From IMG/VR virus record IMGVR_UViG_3300045988_049160: DNA of 25,860 bases. One strand, given 5' to 3'. The notes below the pieces were generated by a model. It saw only the letters and a list, made by a program, of their open reading frames with translations, did not search any database and was not told the DNA's origin. A program made the position numbers and the translations under genes. Below, in pieces: positions 23,683-25,860 of the stretch (position 1 is its first letter; each line of letters starts with the position of its first letter). The DNA is from a virus. Its lineage: Duplodnaviria > Heunggongvirae > Uroviricota > Caudoviricetes.

Positions 23683-24275
23683 TGATTGCCATCCTGACGT
23701 TCTTTCAGTCTCTTCCTGGCTGCCGCTATGCGATCAGCAATTGTCACATTCACATTAACATCCAGGCGTTCTTTGAATGCGTTGACGTCGACGTGCTTAC
23801 CAATCAGTTCGAGGTTCTTCACCTTGTCAGGCCATTTAATTTTTTTGAGGATTGTCTCTATCGAATCCTCGTTCATGTTCATGATGGTCGATGACAGATC
23901 AAAGCCACTAAGCGTAGTGCGCCAGATTTTCGGCCACTCGCGGATTGGCTTAAGGCTCCCATCGTCGTTGAGGATGTCGATCACGTCCATCTGGTCGATC
24001 TCCACCAGGCGCATGAGAACGTAATCAGCACTGACGCGCATTCGTTTGTTGCGCTCTTCCATCAGCTCGGCAATCCGTTTTTGAATGCGTTCATCGCGCA
24101 TCATGAGACTGGCTTTAACTGCCGCTGTATTTGGGGAGAATCCTGCGTTAATCGCTGCCTGAGTCTGGTTTTCAGGCGTTTTGATGTATGACTGGCAATA
24201 AGCCTCCTGCATTGCTGTTAGTGGCTTAAATTGCGTTGATTTGCGTTTATAGGTTTTAGGTTCAGCAGGCATCAT
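23679..24275 (-). CDS. Terminase small subunit (putative); start at 24275 or 24272 rather than 24353
   Basis: Directly upstream of and coupled to terL; helix-turn-helix-like segment TQAAINAGFSPNTAAVKASLMMRDERIQKRIAEL typical of small terminases. The track start would place a terminator hairpin and low-complexity repeats inside the coding sequence. Confidence 0.55.
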   Translation of the reverse strand: MMPAEPKTYKRKSTQFKPLTAMQEAYCQSYIKTPENQTQAAINAGFSPNTAAVKASLMMRDERIQKRIAELMEERNKRMRVSADYVLMRLVEIDQMDVIDILNDDGSLKPIREWPKIWRTTLSGFDLSSTIMNMNEDSIETILKKIKWPDKVKNLELIGKHVDVNAFKERLDVNVNVTIADRIAAARKRLKERQDGNQ

Positions 24276-24325
24276 AACCACCGTGGTAATAGTTACCGTT
24301 GTGGTAATAGTACCATGCAAAATAA

Positions 24326-24345
24326 AGCCGCCATAGTTGGCGGCA
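24326..24345 (-). terminator. Rho-independent terminator (GCCGCC-AACTAT-GGCGGC then TTTATTTT on the minus strand) between the regulatory gene cluster and terS
   Basis: 6-bp GC stem; the minus strand continues with a T-rich tract. Confidence 0.5.
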
Positions 24346-24428
24346 GTATTCAAAACCCATCAAATTCATCATGCATAATCTACTCGTGACATGTCACGCT
24401 ATTAATTTCGTTTCATGCCAGCCTTTAG

Positions 24429-24734
24429 TCACCCAGCATTCCGAGTCACCATTACACGGGCATGAATTAACGGGAACTCTCTCGCCGCACTTACCGCAAC
24501 GTTTCTGCTGATCGATTTTATACGCCCGTGCACGCGTGCATCATCCTGGCGGATCAGTAACGCTATATACTCACCAAATTCGTAAGGCGCACGCCCGGGG
24601 CGACGCGTGGCACAGTTACGCTCCAGCATTTCAATTTCCTGAGCATCAAGCACAATTTCCAGCTTACGCACACCAGATGCAGCTTGTCTGGCTCTCTGAG
24701 CGGCTTTGCGCTCTGCTGCTGATTTAGCCATCAA
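24429..24734 (-). CDS. Small basic protein (101 aa), possible DNA-binding / late regulatory protein
   Basis: AAGGTGA RBS; Arg/Ala-rich N-terminus (AAERKAAQRARQAASGVRKLEIVLDAQEIEMLERN); sits where lambdoid phages place late regulators, just upstream of a terminator and the packaging genes. Confidence 0.35.
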   Translation of the reverse strand: MMAKSAAERKAAQRARQAASGVRKLEIVLDAQEIEMLERNCATRRPGRAPYEFGEYIALLIRQDDARVHGRIKSISRNVAVSAAREFPLIHARVMVTRNAG

Positions 24735-25005
24735 TATTCACCTTTATCGCGAACACCTTTGCCGGCTTATCGCCGAAGTGCGGATGTGTGATTGTCTTGA
24801 TTTCATATCCGTCATACGGGACGTCAATTCTGCGGCTGGAATCGTCGCGCTTCGGATATCCCTTTGTGATAATCAGGCGGTCATACTCGCGGAACATAAT
24901 TCGCTTATTCCAGTAGTCATTACACAGGCGATACTCTTCCGTTTTCTCTCCGCGAATCATGGCATCGAAGTATTCACCTTTAACGGCAAGTTGCAGGTTA
25001 GCCAC
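24724..25005 (-). CDS. DUF3850 / ASCH-like (PUA-fold) domain protein
   Basis: AGGAGG RBS; motif GEYFDAMIRGEKTEEYRLCNDYWNKRIMFREYDRL matches the remembered DUF3850 signature (EYFEAV..G.KTFE.R.ND). Confidence 0.55.
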   Translation of the reverse strand: MANLQLAVKGEYFDAMIRGEKTEEYRLCNDYWNKRIMFREYDRLIITKGYPKRDDSSRRIDVPYDGYEIKTITHPHFGDKPAKVFAIKVNIDG

Positions 25006-25860
25006 GGTTAACCTCCTGCGGCGGTTCTGGCAGCGGCATCCAGTGGGTTACCTCCTTGAGATACAGGTCTTCGCCACCACCGTCATCCCAAGTGGGCTTG
25101 CCATCATTAAACCAGTCGCCATATACGCCGACCTGAGTGTTGGGGATGCTTGGTAGGTAGTTGTTTTTAAAGTCAGCAGCTAACACATAGCATTGTCGCT
25201 CTCCCATTTCTGGCATTCGCTCACTACAGCTTATCCAACCATCCGGAGTTACCGGAACTTGTGGAATGGCTGTCTGCTCTCGAACGTCATTAGGCGCTAT
25301 AGGTTCTGCTGCCAACTGACTGGCATATTTGTTAATGGTAACGATAAGCTCTTGCTCAGCCTCATCCAGACAATCACCGATACCTCGCCTGTCACCGTCA
25401 AAATCATCGAAATCGGCACGAATCCTGGCAACCTTCAGGATTGCGGACAACACCTCACTAGGAATTGCCGGATAGTTGGTTGACGTTTCCGCGATTTCCC
25501 GAAAATTATTGGTTGACGAATTCTTGTTTTCCCGAAAGTTTCCGGACTGAAGCATGGCGGCGCGGCAGGAGTTCCAGGCAAATAGTGCGGCTTCTTCCAC
25601 TGAAGGCGGAGAGTATCGCTCGATAAACGCCTGTGCATTTGACAGCCTCCACTCATGAGGCAATACCGGCGCTGGCGGGGCGATGCGTCCAAGCAACTTA
25701 TTTACCTCTTTCGCCATCGCGTCATATTTATCTAAATAGCGATTAGCTTCTAAGCAGACTCGGTGCATCTGATCTGAGTTAACTCGTTTAACGGGATCTG
25801 CTTCCAGCGATGCCAGTGCAATCCGTGCCAGTTCTTCCGCTTCTTCTGCTGGCAGTACAA
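24998..25860 (-). CDS. DUF551-domain protein (C-terminal ...THWMPLPEPP); 5' end unresolved, reading frame stays open to the window edge
   Basis: C-terminal WISCSERMPE...THWMPLPEPPQE resembles the remembered DUF551 signature; the frame upstream of the annotated Met at 25768 has no stop up to 25860. Confidence 0.45.
   Translation of the reverse strand, partial: VLPAEEAEELARIALASLEADPVKRVNSDQMHRVCLEANRYLDKYDAMAKEVNKLLGRIAPPAPVLPHEWRLSNAQAFIERYSPPSVEEAALFAWNSCRAAMLQSGNFRENKNSSTNNFREIAETSTNYPAIPSEVLSAILKVARIRADFDDFDGDRRGIGDCLDEAEQELIVTINKYASQLAAEPIAPNDVREQTAIPQVPVTPDGWISCSERMPEMGERQCYVLAADFKNNYLPSIPNTQVGVYGDWFNDGKPTWDDGGGEDLYLKEVTHWMPLPEPPQEVNRG

Noticed and set aside
24276-24353. N-terminal extension of the small terminase ORF (MNTAANYGGFILHGTITTTVTITTVV)
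   Set aside because: Region contains a terminator hairpin and tandem DNA repeats and no RBS; the low-complexity translation reflects repeats, not protein.
1-25860. CRISPR array, integrase / attachment site, phage RNA polymerase
   Set aside because: No regularly spaced direct repeats, no tyrosine/serine recombinase-like ORF, and no large RNAP-like ORF are present in the window.

Overview
This window looks like the late/morphogenesis region of a mosaic podovirus-type prophage or phage, probably enterobacterial, read mostly on the minus strand. From high to low coordinates it carries DUF551 and DUF3850 (ASCH-like) genes, a small DNA-binding-like gene, small and large terminase subunits, then a T7-supergroup-like virion module (gp6.7-like, portal, scaffold, capsid, tail tubular A/B, internal virion/ejection proteins), and finally a partial beta-helix tailspike at the left edge. 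Two accessory (moron) insertions interrupt this backbone. One lies between terminase and portal (21.0-22.2 kb): a tRNA-Arg(UCU) plus two small plus-strand genes with duplicated leader/terminator cassettes. The other lies between the ejection-protein genes and the tailspike (0.84-4.9 kb): a LexA-box-controlled small antirepressor-like gene, a Bro-N antirepressor, a membrane-anchored tandem zinc-ribbon protein, a DUF2335-like membrane protein, a small secreted Cys peptide, a lipoprotein and a small hydrophobic peptide. Two recurrent DNA motifs are not explained by the coding features: a 17-bp inverted repeat ATTACC-N5-GGTAAT (5 copies, all in promoter regions) and a 12-bp perfect palindrome GTGACATGTCAC (4 copies, each between a stop codon and an intrinsic terminator). 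All protein assignments come from reading the translations and from remembered family signatures; no database search was run, so they are hypotheses to confirm. No CRISPR array, integrase, attachment site or phage RNA polymerase was seen.
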